DNA of 64,000 nt from an uncultured Methanosarcinaceae archaeon (GTDB lineage Archaea > Halobacteriota > Methanosarcinia > Methanosarcinales > Methanosarcinaceae): assembly GCA_963833425.1 (NCBI GenBank), contig CAWHXP010000003.1:448001-512000 (forward strand), in the 5' to 3' direction. Shown piece by piece: positions 33,642 to 46,051 of the stretch; within the stretch, counting starts at the first letter, position 1, and every line of letters starts with the position of its first letter. A program made the translations under genes and the position numbers. The notes under the pieces are model-generated. The model had not been told where the DNA came from. It was given only the letters and a program-made list of their open reading frames with translations, and made no database searches.

Positions 33642-34160
33642 ATGGTGCAAAGAATGGAAGAACTTAGACTTGTAGTTTCAATTCCCTTTAAAAAAAATAA
33701 TACAATTTTTCTTTCAGAAAAGGATTTCGAGTTTACACTGGCTTTTGACCTGAAATGGTTTTCTCCGAAAATCGCTTCTAAAGTAAAATACCGTGCTCTT
33801 GAAGTAGGCCTGCTCTCCCTTAATAACGGTGCTCTTACGCCTGCCTTTGATGTTGAAAGCCTAAGGCTACCTAATACCTTTAAACCGTCCGAAAATTTTC
33901 TTGAAAGCCAAAATAACTCTGGTGGTAAACTGTCTCCTCTCGAGGAAGATATCTCCTTTGAGCAAGTCCTAGAGTTCATCGCCGAGAATACAGGAGTAAA
34001 CCGACAAAAGCTTGTATCTGAAATTAACTCCATGCAGGAAAGGCTTTCTTACCTTGTGGATATCCGGATCGTAGCACTCTTTACAGCAAGAAAGTTCGAG
34101 TGCGATATCGAAGCAATTTTTGAAAAAGTTTCCAAGTCTGTGCTCCGAATATCTTTTTAA
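33642..34160 (+). CDS. DUF2240-family archaeal protein
   Basis: EL..VV..PFK....LSEKDF.F.LAFDLKWFSP pattern. Confidence 0.75.
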   Translation: MVQRMEELRLVVSIPFKKNNTIFLSEKDFEFTLAFDLKWFSPKIASKVKYRALEVGLLSLNNGALTPAFDVESLRLPNTFKPSENFLESQNNSGGKLSPLEEDISFEQVLEFIAENTGVNRQKLVSEINSMQERLSYLVDIRIVALFTARKFECDIEAIFEKVSKSVLRISF

Positions 34161-36624
34161 TGGATTTCCTGAGATTTTATACAGGAGGATGGATCTTATT
34201 ACTAACTTTATATGAAAAACTAGGAATTCGGAAAAGATAGCTTCTAACGTCGATATTTTATTATTATCTTGCCAACCAATGGAGTCATATATATTGCTCT
34301 ATGATTCATTCCTAAAGACTGAACATTACAGTTTACATTCATCCAGCTCAAGAATTTCGTATTCTTTTTATATAATAGTGTAGATAAAATACGTTGGTAA
34401 AATAATTAGTTTATAAGGTTACATTCCTACATCTTCAAATTATTGTGAAGCGTATTTAAATCATAGTTTGGTGGTACAATTTCCATTGGTATAAAACCTA
34501 ATTTTGTCGTCGGAAACCATTTAAAATCCTTCAAAAATTTCATAAAATTATTACTTATGTATCAGTTTTGAACACAAATTCTAACAAAAAAGAGAAAATG
34601 TACATTTTTTTTGTGCCTTTTTATTTTAGCTATCTATTTCAGCGTGAATGTGTGTCACTAAACTTCTTCATCTTCAAGCACTCTCCATCCTTTTCCCCAG
34701 AATCTAATTATTCTATAATTATTCTTATATGTAAATCAATAGAAAAACTCTCAGCCTCAATAATTTCTTCGTTTGAATTGAGCTCTTTTGATATCCGTTT
34801 CATTTCCATATCCTGTAATTTGTAATAGGTTCCATATTATTGTGTCAATTTATCTCTGCAGTACAATTAATTATCTTTGCTTGTCCAAATGAATCTTCTC
34901 CCGTTTAAAGAATTCTTTTACCTTACTACTTTTCTTTCTTGTTGCTGTCTTAGCAATCTGCTTTGGGATCCACATTGCTAATTTTGATCAATTCTTTGAT
35001 ATTCTTTTGTTGTATAATTTATTAGCAGATTGATATACTTCGGGACTATCCCAGGCTACGAAGCAAACTGCTCTGCTGAATAATGATCATTTAAATTGCT
35101 TATTTCAGTGATTAAAGTTGTTGTATCGATTTATCCAATACTTGGAACCTACATTAAAATTTCCATCTCCTTTTTATGCTTTCAAGGAGAAGAATTGAAA
35201 ATTTATCTTACCAAAGTTTCGATTTCATCTCCAAGATGTTTTAATAAGATTCAGATATTTCTGAAGCCTAAATTCTGCACCTTGAGGCATTTTTCTGTCC
35301 TGGACCTGTCTTCTATTAATAATTTTTTGTAAATATTTGGTAAGATGATATAGATTATCTCGTCAAATATTTTATCTAAAAAGATTAGGATAGGAGTTCT
35401 AATCGTTTTGACCAAAAATATCTGTCGAAACGTTATTTAAATTAAGCATTTCATAGAAAAGTATAGCATGGGCTCATTTTAGATATTTATTTTCTTTTAT
35501 AAAAAGTTATGGCAAAGACAACACGATATCGAATTATTCTATGATCTTTTGGGAAAACTCTTGATGGCCGAATCATCTTATTCAACGACAGTTGCTTGAT
35601 GAATCTGAAGTATCTGTTTTTTCATGCCTAAATGCTTTTATATATAGTGCATTTCCCTATAACAGGAAATACTTGATCAATTAATCATAAATAGAAGTCC
35701 ATAAGTCGCTTGTAGATTCATATTCAAAATATTACATTTTCTGACCTAAGCCTATTTTTAAGGGCAAAATTTCATTATCATCTATAGTAAAACATTATTA
35801 CTGTTTTTCACAGGATATAAAGAGGATTGTAGTAATGAAAAAATGCTTGTGTCTGGCTAAATAACAAGATTTATCCACGATTTCTCTAATTAAAATTACC
35901 AATTCATAGACCATTGAAATTGCTTCAAAAATCAATTTAATATCCGTGAGCAAAGTCACATTTAGTCCTTAGATAGTGAGTCATAAATTGGTTTTATAAC
36001 GATTTTGTTCAAAGATTGATAATTGGAGAAAACTTCCCCTATTTTAGCTTGTTATTAAAAGATTTTATATATTGTTTAGATGAGTTCATCAAAATGGTTG
36101 TATACATTAGTTATTAGAAATCACCGCCATACTACTGCCCAAATTTTCCAAAAATGGAATTATACTCATTTTTTAGATTTAATCATGATTAAAGGACAAG
36201 ACCTAAATTTTGATACAACGAAAACGAAGAATTATTCATCATCTTTGACACTTGAACTATTATTGTGAAATAAAATATCATACGACATTTTGTGGATATA
36301 CACTAGAATGCCATCTACTTTTTCATATGCAAGAACTTTAAAATTAATCTAACTTTTAATGCATAAAAATAGAAAAATAGGTAAAAATTATGCAGATGTG
36401 TACATCTGCATAATGTCGGATTAAGGCGTATAGAGCAGATTTTACAAAAATTATACCACTGCAGAGTCTGCTAAGATGGTTCCTTAATTCTACTGTTTAT
36501 TTGAGCTACGGCTTCTTCATCTTCAGATGCAAAGTTTTCAGTTATTGAGTTGCGCTTACATCTTCAAATGTTTTGTCGGCAGTTAAGTTGTAATCAACTG
36601 CAGACTCCTTTACGTCTTGATGAG

Positions 36625-36852
36625 CTACTTATTAGTAGTAGTTACGTTAGTAGTAGTCGCTTTTTCAGTAGTCACATTTCCAGTAGGAACTTCAGTTGTG
36701 ACTGGGGTTTTAGGCCCACTTTCAGTTGATACATTTGTTGTCGTAATGTTTGTTTTATTTGTAGTCTCTGTCTTTTTGCTGGCACATCCGGCTGAAAAGA
36801 CAACAACACCTATAACAATAAGTATTCCCATGATCTTTAACAATTTTTTCAT
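36625..36852 (-). CDS. Small Thr-rich lipoprotein (possibly truncated)
   Basis: Lipobox FSAGC after a hydrophobic stretch; several N-x-T sequons. Confidence 0.75.
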   Translation of the reverse strand: MKKLLKIMGILIVIGVVVFSAGCASKKTETTNKTNITTTNVSTESGPKTPVTTEVPTGNVTTEKATTTNVTTTNK

Positions 36853-37774
36853 TAAAATACCTCTAGCATTCTCTTCTTATTATACACTCAACCCATATAA
36901 AATTACTCGATTCCATATGAGATATTTATGCATGACTAGTCAATAAGATTAAAACTTTTCGATTCGGTCAAAAAATAAGAGAAAGAAATTATCTATGTAT
37001 TTGGTGAGATTTACGCACTTTGGTCTTGTTCATAAGCTATTAATCAATTCTAAAAAAGAAGTAATATTCCTGAAATTGAGATATAAAATAAAAATTTCAA
37101 AATCAGCTTGTGCTACTAGGATTCAAAACTTTATTATTCCAATTATTCAGCCCAGGAAAGTTGGGGAGCTTGAACTTCCTGCCAAACTGCATGTAAAATA
37201 AATGAGAACTTTATGCAAACTGGCTATGGAAATAAAAAAACTAAGATTTTTTTAATATCTTATGGGATCAAAAAAATTCATCGTTATTTAGAACTTTGCA
37301 ACTTGTTTCATCCTAAAAAGAATACGCATTAACTTGTTCAGTAACTTAATAATTTTCACTTTCTCATAAATGAAGCACTAATACACCTTTATACATGCTA
37401 AAAATGCCTCCATGTATCCCAAGGGATGTATGTGTTCTTTTAGAATCAATCAATAATTTACGGATACGACCAGAAAACAAAAGAATGATTTTTCTGTTTA
37501 CGTTATAACAAAGCTTAAATTATGTACAGTAATTACTGGATAAATCGATTGCCATGCGGAAGATCTGTTCTATCCCCTAAAGACAAAGTTTGTTTTATCG
37601 GATACGGATATTTTTCTATTCAAAAATTTGTTTGAGATTTAGAATATATTCAGCAGATAAAAGATTAATTCAGCAATTCATCTTAATTATCAGTAGCTAT
37701 AGAGAGATTACAAGATCGAACTTAAACTTATCGAATTCTCACTTTATCTAATCTTTCATCAGGGAGACTCCCAT

Positions 37775-40700
37775 ATGATAAAAGAAATCATTGCCAAGTA
37801 CGATGCAGGAAGGATAGAAAAAAAAGTAATGCAATTCTGGGAAGACAGTGATGCGTACCTGAAAACCAGGGAGCTCCGCAAGATCGGGAGAAAGTTTTTT
37901 TTTGTTGACGGTCCCCCATATACTACAGGGCATATTCATCTTGGGACTGCTTGGAACAAGATCATCAAAGATGCCATTCTCCGTTATTATTCCATGAATA
38001 ACCGCTATATCCTTGAGCGTCCTGGCTGGGATATGCACGGTCTGCCAATCGAGGTCAAAGTCGAAGATATGCTCGGCTTCAAATCCAAGAAGGATATAGA
38101 GAGCTTGGGGGTGGAAAATTTTATTTCGAAGTGCAAGGAATTCGCTATCACCCAGAAGCAGGCAATGACTGAACAGTTCCAAAGACTTGGTGTCTGGATG
38201 CAATGGGCAGATCCTTATATGACCTTAAAAGACGATTACATCGAAGCTGCCTGGTGGACACTCAAAAAGGCCTATGAAAAAGATCTACTGGATGTCGGCA
38301 AGCGTTCTGTCAACTGGTGCCCCCGCTGTGAGACTGCAATTGCAGATTCAGAAGTTGAGTATTCCGAGCGGACAGACCCTTCAATTTATGTAAAATTCAA
38401 GATCAGAAATTGCGAAGACGCCTTCATAGTTATATGGACAACGACTCCCTGGACAATTCCGGCAAACGTAGCTGTAGCTGTGAACCCACACGTGCAATAC
38501 TCAAAATTCAGAGCGATCAGGCAAAATGGTTCAAAAGAGATACTCATTACAGCTACAGACATGATACAAAATGTCCTCAAGCAAGGCAGGTATGTTGACT
38601 ATGAGGTACTTGAGACGATGGCCGGAGAGGATCTAACAAAACTGGAGTATGAAAGTCCTGTTGGAGATTTGGTACCTATACAAAATCAGATTAAACACGG
38701 GATTTATATCGCGGATTTCGTAACCATAGAAAATACAGGCTGCGTGCACATTGCACCAGGGCATGGTATGGAAGACTTTAGCCTTGGTGTGAAATACAGC
38801 CTTCCGATTCTCTGCCCCGTAGGATCAAATGGTACTTATACAAACGAAGCGGGGGAATACGAGGGTAAAAACGTCAGGGAAGCAAATTCAATTGTAATTA
38901 AAGACTTAAAAGAACGTAACAGGCTCTTTGCAGAAGGAACAGTCACGCATAGGTACGGGCACTGTTGGCGCTGCAAGACCCCCATAATCTATCTTGCGAC
39001 AGAACAATGGTTCCTCAAAATTACCGAGATAAAGGAAAAAATGCTCGAGGAAATCGATGCTGTAGACTGGTACCCTGACTGGGCAGGATCAGCACGTTTC
39101 AGAACTTGGGTAGAAGGCGCTCGGGACTGGTGTATTTCTAGGCAGCGATACTGGGGAATCCCTATCCCAATATGGAAGTGCAAGAAATGCGGAAAACTTG
39201 AGATAATAGGAACCAAAGCTGAATTGTTGGAAAAGGCAAACTTAGGCGAAGATATCGAACTTCATCGTCCTTACGTGGACAGAATCATCATTCTCTGTGA
39301 GTGCGGCGGAGAAAAAATGCGTATAGAGGATGTATTTGACGTCTGGTTTGACTCGGCTGTTGCCTCCTGGGCAACCCTCAAGTTCCCTCAGACTCGGGAG
39401 AAGTTTGATGAATGGTGGCCTGCTGATTTCATAACCGAGGGTCACGATCAGACTCGCGGTTGGTTCTACTCTCAGCTTGGAGCAAGCATAGTAGGCTTTG
39501 AAAAAGCTCCTTACAAAAGCGTACTTATGCATGGATTTACCCTGGACGCGGGCGGAAAGAAGATGTCCAAAAGCTATGGAAATGTGATCTCTCCCCTGGA
39601 TATTATCGACAGGTTCGGAGCCGACTCCCTTCGCGCCTATGTGCTTTCTTCAAGCGCTCCATGGGATGACCTGAAGTTTAACCTCGAAGAAGTAGAAACC
39701 ATCCATCGCTCAATAAATATTCTCTGGAATGTTTTCAGATTCCCACTGCCATATATGGCACTTGATAACTTTGATCCTCTGCAAGTCAGCATTGATTCCA
39801 TAAAAAACGCTCTCCGTGAGGAAGACAGATGGATTCTTTCAAGAGTTCAATCTGTTATCAAAGCAGTAGAAGAAGCAATGAAAGGTTATTTGTTGCATAA
39901 AGCAGTTCGTGAAATCCTGGAATTTACTGTAGAAGACCTTTCTCGCTGGTATATCCAGCTCATCCGGCCAAGAACCTGGATCGAAGCTAATGATCCTGAT
40001 AAACTTGCAGCTTACTGTGTGCTTTACGAAGTTTACACAACTCTTACAAAACTGATATCTCCCTTTATGCCTTATTTGGCTGAAGAGATGTACCAGAACC
40101 TCATCTTGAATGTGGATCCAAATGCACTTGAATCGGTTCATATGTGCGATTGGCCTAAAGTAAATGAAGCTTTCCTTGACAGTGGTCTTGAAGCAGCTAT
40201 GGATATTGTTCGCTCCATAGTGGAAGCGGCGTCAAACGCTCGCCAGAAGAAAGGAAGGAAACTCAGATGGCCTATATCAAGAATAATAGTGTCTCCTTCC
40301 AGTGAGGATTCGGAAAAGGCTGTCAAGAGTTTATCCTCTGTACTTATGGATCAGACAAATTCCAGGGCAATTATTCTGTTGGGTGTGGGTGAGTGTTGGG
40401 ACGAACTCGGGCTTGAAGTGATCCCAGACCCTGGCAAGATAGGGCCCTTTTTCAAAAAGGATGCAGGAGAAGTTATCTTTGCTCTTCAGAAAATCGATGG
40501 CTTTGCCCTAAAGAGAGCTTTTTCCGAAACCGGCGAGTTCGAACTAACACTTGCAGACGGGTCGACTGCTATAGTTACTTCTGGAATGGCAAACTTTAAG
40601 GATCTCCTTCCTTTAGGAATAGCAAGTGCCGAGTCAAATGCAGGCTTTGTCTATGTGGACACAAACCTCACTCCAGAATTAGAGGCTGAAGGATATGCAA

Positions 40701-40951
40701 GGGAAGTCATACGCAGGCTCCAAGAAATGCGAAAAGAACTCGATCTTGTCATAGATGAAAATATTTGCGCATCCGTTATGATCGAAGACAAACGGGTTTT
40801 AAATCTAGTTAAAACCATGGAAAGACTGATTGCAGAAGAAGTAAGAGTCAATTTCCTTGATCTTGGCAGTGACATTGAAGTTTCAGGGACTCTTTTAAAG
40901 AACTGGGACGTTGAAGGCATTGCTATGAAGATGGGAATTGCAAAGAAATAA
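37775..40951 (+). CDS. ileS: Isoleucine--tRNA ligase
   Basis: [54 protein letters not shown]. Confidence 0.98.
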   Translation: MIKEIIAKYDAGRIEKKVMQFWEDSDAYLKTRELRKIGRKFFFVDGPPYTTGHIHLGTAWNKIIKDAILRYYSMNNRYILERPGWDMHGLPIEVKVEDMLGFKSKKDIESLGVENFISKCKEFAITQKQAMTEQFQRLGVWMQWADPYMTLKDDYIEAAWWTLKKAYEKDLLDVGKRSVNWCPRCETAIADSEVEYSERTDPSIYVKFKIRNCEDAFIVIWTTTPWTIPANVAVAVNPHVQYSKFRAIRQNGSKEILITATDMIQNVLKQGRYVDYEVLETMAGEDLTKLEYESPVGDLVPIQNQIKHGIYIADFVTIENTGCVHIAPGHGMEDFSLGVKYSLPILCPVGSNGTYTNEAGEYEGKNVREANSIVIKDLKERNRLFAEGTVTHRYGHCWRCKTPIIYLATEQWFLKITEIKEKMLEEIDAVDWYPDWAGSARFRTWVEGARDWCISRQRYWGIPIPIWKCKKCGKLEIIGTKAELLEKANLGEDIELHRPYVDRIIILCECGGEKMRIEDVFDVWFDSAVASWATLKFPQTREKFDEWWPADFITEGHDQTRGWFYSQLGASIVGFEKAPYKSVLMHGFTLDAGGKKMSKSYGNVISPLDIIDRFGADSLRAYVLSSSAPWDDLKFNLEEVETIHRSINILWNVFRFPLPYMALDNFDPLQVSIDSIKNALREEDRWILSRVQSVIKAVEEAMKGYLLHKAVREILEFTVEDLSRWYIQLIRPRTWIEANDPDKLAAYCVLYEVYTTLTKLISPFMPYLAEEMYQNLILNVDPNALESVHMCDWPKVNEAFLDSGLEAAMDIVRSIVEAASNARQKKGRKLRWPISRIIVSPSSEDSEKAVKSLSSVLMDQTNSRAIILLGVGECWDELGLEVIPDPGKIGPFFKKDAGEVIFALQKIDGFALKRAFSETGEFELTLADGSTAIVTSGMANFKDLLPLGIASAESNAGFVYVDTNLTPELEAEGYAREVIRRLQEMRKELDLVIDENICASVMIEDKRVLNLVKTMERLIAEEVRVNFLDLGSDIEVSGTLLKNWDVEGIAMKMGIAKK

Positions 40952-41086
40952 CTCCAAAAGGTTGAAACTCAAAGAAAATGGACATAAAATCCTTCGAATA
41001 ATATGCACAAATTGATGAAAGTACCTCATGTTAGAAGGATTTTCATGTAAATTCTAATTCAAAAAATTTCACCAACAGGAACAAAA

Positions 41087-41761
41087 GTGATTCATGTGTA
41101 CTTCGCTGCCTGGGAGCCGATTTATGAAAAAATTCTTGAAGATTTTGGGTTTGACCGAGCAGACGATGAAGAAGCTGCACGATTCCTTTCAAGCATGTTG
41201 ATTAAAAATAACACAGTCAACCTTTCTGAACTTGAAGCTGCAATTTCTGGAAAATCAATCCTAATATGCGGAAACGCCCAAAAACTGAGTAACGAACTTT
41301 CAGAAATAGATCTCTCTACGTTTGTGATAATAGCAGCTGACGGAGCTGCTGCAGTTTTGATGGATATAGGCCGTGTGCCTGAAGTCATCTGTACCGACCT
41401 TGATGGCAATTCAGAAATTGATATTGAAAAAGAAATCCTTGCCTGTGAAAAGGCCTCAATAGTCCTAATCCATGCCCACGGGGAAAATATCGATAAGCTT
41501 GAGAAATACGTGCCACGTTTTAAGCGCTTTATTGCTACAACCCAGGCCAGACCCATAAATAAGGTGTACAATTTCGGCGGATTTAGCGATGGAGATAGGT
41601 GTGTCTTTGTAGCTAGAGAATTTGGAGCTAATAAAATCAGGCTTGTTGGTTTTGATTTTGAGGATCCCTTTGTGAACCCAATAAAGAAAAAAAAATTGAA
41701 ATGGGCAAAGAAATTGATAGGGATTTCAAATTTTCAAAAACAAAACTTTGATTTAATTTAA
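41087..41761 (+). CDS. mptE: 6-hydroxymethyl-7,8-dihydropterin pyrophosphokinase (DUF115)
   Basis: AADGA, TDLDG, HAHG.N, TTQ, NFGGFSDGDR, GFDF, KKKKLKWA. Confidence 0.9.
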   Translation: MIHVYFAAWEPIYEKILEDFGFDRADDEEAARFLSSMLIKNNTVNLSELEAAISGKSILICGNAQKLSNELSEIDLSTFVIIAADGAAAVLMDIGRVPEVICTDLDGNSEIDIEKEILACEKASIVLIHAHGENIDKLEKYVPRFKRFIATTQARPINKVYNFGGFSDGDRCVFVAREFGANKIRLVGFDFEDPFVNPIKKKKLKWAKKLIGISNFQKQNFDLI

Positions 41762-42752
41762 TCTGAGTACGGTGAATTGGCAAATATTTGTATTCTACTT
41801 CATGAGACTAAGAGAAAAATTTACAGATTGAGTATTGTCAATGACGATTTGAGTTTTCCAATTTTGTTCGGTTTAAATTTCTCAGCCTTTTGACATAAAA
41901 TTTGCCTAATATTTCCGGAATTATCTCAAAATTACTGGAGAAATTTGATGCTTTTATATCCTGTTCCATTCCTTCTTTCAACCTGCAACTTTTCCCTTTG
42001 ATGTAAATCTTTGTATAATGATTAAGTTCAAATTCCACAAATGCATACAGATATATAAGTTGTTTTTTTCGTCACCTTCGTAAATTTATTCATTTAAAGT
42101 TAGATTAATTTTTAAGCTATTGTTATATTGAAATAACATATGGTATCCTTGCATACGTTTGCAGAAAGTGGGTTATATTAAAAGGTGGTGATTTAAACCG
42201 ATAAAAATTTAGAAATTAGTTTGATATTGACATTTTTTGCTCGCTTGGCTAGGGAGGTCATACTGAGTAGGTTATTATGTATTCTAGCATTCGATTTTTT
42301 TATGTCCTCAGCTTCTATGACTTGTTCAAAGCAACAAACTCAAATTCAAGTTGGAATTGGTTTGGATCTGATTAAATTTGTTCAACTAACTTTATTTCAT
42401 CGTCAGATAACTTTTTTGGTCAATCAAAGTTCATGCCAAAAAACATTTATTATTAGTACAAATGTGTTCCTTCAAGATATATCAATAGAATGTGAATTCA
42501 ACTTAAAACAGTTAATTTGAGTTCTTTCCATGATAACAAAACTTTGAAGCCTGAGGATAAATAGACTTATCTAGATTTTTAATTGAGTTTTGCCTTCCCT
42601 TGCAAATCAAACTTAAAAATCGAGGAGTTTAACAAGTTAATAAACATTCCAACACTCATAGAAAACTGAATTGAGTAAATTTCTTGATAAATCTATATAC
42701 ATTGTGTCTCTATCTATTGGAATTCTCTTCAATACTCACCCAAAATTCTATA

Positions 42753-45314
42753 TTAAATTCCTTTGAAATAGTATCCAGTTGTATACTCAACTCCTTTTGT
42801 CCTTAGTTTTCTCTCTGTTCCTACAAAAGCTTCTTTGTACGTTTTTACGATTTCTTTTATCTCGATATCATTGTTTAGAGATAGATCAAGCCGAATGACA
42901 TCCACTCCATATTCTTTTAAATTTTTTATATATTTTAACATGTTGAGTACTTTCGAGTTATAGATTAGAGTCCGAGTACCCATCCGTTTAATGGGAAACT
43001 TGGAGCCTGTCTGGTCAAGAAGATGAACTTCGCTGTCTTTTTTTACGATTTTTTTGTCAAGAAGAGGCTTTAAAAGATCATTTTCTGTAATCAGCATAAG
43101 TTCTCTGCCATAAACAAGAATTTCAACTTGTCCTACAGCCCCACATTTATGAAGTGTTTCACAAATATTCTTTATTTCACTCAGATTCAGTTCGCTTGAT
43201 AGTGTTACCCTGTACGCTCCTGCTTGGTAGAAAATACTGATTGTAAAAGAATTGAAAATATTGAAGTCCTTCTGAGCAACAAAAGGTATAGAAAGGTTTT
43301 TTGCTAGCTGTGCAGCCCCTAAATCGGAACATGCTATGCTAAAGCCTGCATCTCTTACTTTTTCCATAAGGAGTTTGAGTCCAACCAGTTCTCTGTCATG
43401 AATAATGAGTGGAATCTTAAAGACAATCTCATTTCTTTTCGCTATGAGCTTCTTAAATCTTTCTGCGTTTTCAGGGGTATTCAGCTCTTCAAATCTTGAA
43501 ATTGGGGCATAAATAATATCTGCACCACCATCTACAGCCGCAAATAACGAGGAGATTTCATCAACTTCGACGCTAAGGAATAGTTTATTTGAAGTTATGT
43601 CCCTGCTCCCGCCATCTTTGATATTACTTTCTTTACTATTACTTATTTTATTCTCAACATTTTTGGAAACACACAGGTAGTTGAAATTATCCAAAAGCGG
43701 ATGTTTTTGCTCTTTTTTATGCATCTTAAGAATTTTGTCTAACAAAAGCTCTGCAGCCTCTCGCCTTGTATTTTTCAGCACACCAACTGGGATAAAAATA
43801 TTTTCGTCAGCTTCAATTGAGATATCTTTAGCTTCAAATGAAATATTTCCAAGGCTTCTCATTGTTTTTCTTATCTGCTCACAGGTAGTTGGAACTTTAT
43901 CGGCTCCTTGAACAATATAGTCATCTGAAAATTTCGCAATTGAGAAATCTTTCCTTACACTTCTTTTTTCTTTATTTTCTCTGATTTCAACTGTGAATCG
44001 CTCTCCTTTTATGGCTCTTACCTTCAGGTCTACGGGGTAAGTTTTCAGTTTTATTTTTTGGAGGGTATCTAGGAGCTGGGTACTTGTTGTAAGATAGAGT
44101 TCGTCTCCTATCCGTATTGTTCTTCCTGTTTTCGAGCTGATTTCAAGCCCTACTTTTTCGCCTTTTTTTGCACTTTTTACATAGTCGCCTTTACTTGTGA
44201 TTATGCCAGCAACTGCAGAGCCAATCATTCGTTCCCCCATGAAGATGCTGATTCCGTCTTTGATGTGGATATCTTCATATAGCCTGACTGTAAGTTTTGT
44301 GTTCATTTTTAAACGGGAAATATCTAGAACTTTCCCTAGGAAAGCTCCGTAATTTGAGCTGTATTTGGAGTGTGATACATCTCTCTCCTCGAGTATGAAC
44401 CCTTTTGTAAAGCCTCTACAAAATAGTTTTGCAATCTCTGCTTCTCTTGATTCAAGCTCTTCTTTTGTCGGATTTTTTTCTGGATTGCAAATGTCCTCAA
44501 CTATGGTCTTGTAGGCAGAAGCACTCGCTGTGACATATTCTGGTTTTTTCATCCTGCCTTCAATTTTAAGACTTACAACCCCTGTATTCACTATTTTTTC
44601 AAGTCCAGTAAGGGTAGAAAGCTCAGCACAGCTGAGGGGATAGCTTCCTCTAATATTTCTGTTATCGATTTCTATACCATTTACCAGAAATCTATAGCGA
44701 CGTCTGCAATGCTGAGCACAGGCCCCTCTGTTGGCGCTTCTGCCTTCCAATAAACTGCTGAAGAGACATTTCCCAGAATATGAATAACAAAGAGATCCGT
44801 GGACGAAAACCTCGATACCCACTCTTGAGCAATCCACAATGGCTTTCACCTCGTCTGCAGTGAGCTCCCTAGCGACTATAACTCTTTTTGCCCCTAGACC
44901 TGCTACAAAATCAACTCCCTTACTGTTATGGATAGTCATCTGCGTGCTTGTATGCAGCTCAAGGTTGGGATAAATTTCTTTTATAAGACTTAGGAGACCT
45001 AAATCCTGCAGGATAATTGCATCAACTCCAACAGAGTATGCGTGATCTACTATTCCAAGAACTTGTTGAAGTTCTTTTTGTTTTATAGGGATGTTCAGTG
45101 CCAAATAAACAGAAACATCATGCGAATGGGAAAGATCAACTGCGTCTTCCAGTTCTCTGAGGGTAAAATTATTGATACCCTGGCGGGCATTAAATTCGCC
45201 GACCCCAAGATATATAGCGTCAGCTCTTCCTTTGATCGCGGCTAAAAGGGCTTTTTGGTTGCCTACAGGAACAAGAATTTCAGGCATATTACAGGTGAAA
45301 TTTGGATCATACAT
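42753..45314 (-). CDS. U32-family Fe-S protein with DUF3656 (RlhA-like RNA hydroxylation protein)
   Basis: ADAIYLG..FNAR, HTSTQ, HGSLCYSYSGKC..SANRGACAQHCR, KIEGRMK, C-terminal YTTGYYFKG. Confidence 0.9.
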   Translation of the reverse strand: MYDPNFTCNMPEILVPVGNQKALLAAIKGRADAIYLGVGEFNARQGINNFTLRELEDAVDLSHSHDVSVYLALNIPIKQKELQQVLGIVDHAYSVGVDAIILQDLGLLSLIKEIYPNLELHTSTQMTIHNSKGVDFVAGLGAKRVIVARELTADEVKAIVDCSRVGIEVFVHGSLCYSYSGKCLFSSLLEGRSANRGACAQHCRRRYRFLVNGIEIDNRNIRGSYPLSCAELSTLTGLEKIVNTGVVSLKIEGRMKKPEYVTASASAYKTIVEDICNPEKNPTKEELESREAEIAKLFCRGFTKGFILEERDVSHSKYSSNYGAFLGKVLDISRLKMNTKLTVRLYEDIHIKDGISIFMGERMIGSAVAGIITSKGDYVKSAKKGEKVGLEISSKTGRTIRIGDELYLTTSTQLLDTLQKIKLKTYPVDLKVRAIKGERFTVEIRENKEKRSVRKDFSIAKFSDDYIVQGADKVPTTCEQIRKTMRSLGNISFEAKDISIEADENIFIPVGVLKNTRREAAELLLDKILKMHKKEQKHPLLDNFNYLCVSKNVENKISNSKESNIKDGGSRDITSNKLFLSVEVDEISSLFAAVDGGADIIYAPISRFEELNTPENAERFKKLIAKRNEIVFKIPLIIHDRELVGLKLLMEKVRDAGFSIACSDLGAAQLAKNLSIPFVAQKDFNIFNSFTISIFYQAGAYRVTLSSELNLSEIKNICETLHKCGAVGQVEILVYGRELMLITENDLLKPLLDKKIVKKDSEVHLLDQTGSKFPIKRMGTRTLIYNSKVLNMLKYIKNLKEYGVDVIRLDLSLNNDIEIKEIVKTYKEAFVGTERKLRTKGVEYTTGYYFKGI

Positions 45315-45361
45315 ATCATATCAAGTATTCTTGCAAATAGTCAAAAGTCTTTGTAACATAA

Positions 45362-45478
45362 TAGGACTTACGCGATTGAAATAAGAAATCAATAGTATTA
45401 AATCTTTAAGTTCCTTAAGCATGGCTTTAACATCAAAGTTGATAGGAATTCATTTCAGAATTCATCTGCTAAGTCCTA
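45362..45478. repeat. MITE-like repeat family B copy
   Basis: TAGGACTTACGC ... GCTAAGTCCTA inverted termini. Confidence 0.65.
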
Positions 45479-45883
45479 TGTAAAAAAATATATATGCATT
45501 TTTATGTGAAGGACTTATAATTAGCTATTATTAAATTTTTAGATCAATTTAAAATTTAAAAGTACTTCTTGAATAAATGACAGATTGTAAACTTAAAATC
45601 TGCTTTATCAGGAAAGGCTTTTTTTACGTATGAAATTCGAATTTGTCCATTAATCTTGAAGGCTTCCCAATTATTTTAATTTGCCACAAATTTTCAGGCC
45701 TGTGATAAGAGAATAAAAAATATGGAATATCTCAACTTTATTTCAGTCAAATATTTTCCATTTCCTTAGAGGATGGTGAATTTCCAAAGAACCATTATTA
45801 ACTGGCTGATTTATATATTAAGCTATCTTTGTACTATAAAATGGAATTAAGTAACGTAAACTAATGTGTCTATAAAATAAGTT

Positions 45884-45966
45884 GATTTCGATAAACCTCT
45901 CGTTTTCTGAGTCTTTAATAATACAATTATAAGCATATAACATTATTTGGGAATTATCAAAATTCT
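45884..45966 (-). repeat. MITE-like repeat family A copy
   Basis: GATTTCGATAAACCTCTCGTTTTCTGAGTC...TTATCAAAATTCT. Confidence 0.6.
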
Positions 45967-46051
45967 ATATAATATTTAAAAAAAATTAAAATATATGTCT
46001 TAGTTTTTTGCTAAGATTATCAATGAAGTAGTATCGTATGATAAAAGAATA

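Noticed and set aside
34300..36300. Short ORFs and possible gene remnants between DUF2240 and the lipoprotein
   Set aside because: Probably decayed genes, but no motif could be assigned with confidence.
36605..36627. Amber read-through of the lipoprotein
   Set aside because: An in-frame TAA follows five codons later, and the continuation is in other frames.
41838..42700. Short ORFs between mptE and U32
   Set aside because: No recognisable family; likely spurious or eroded.
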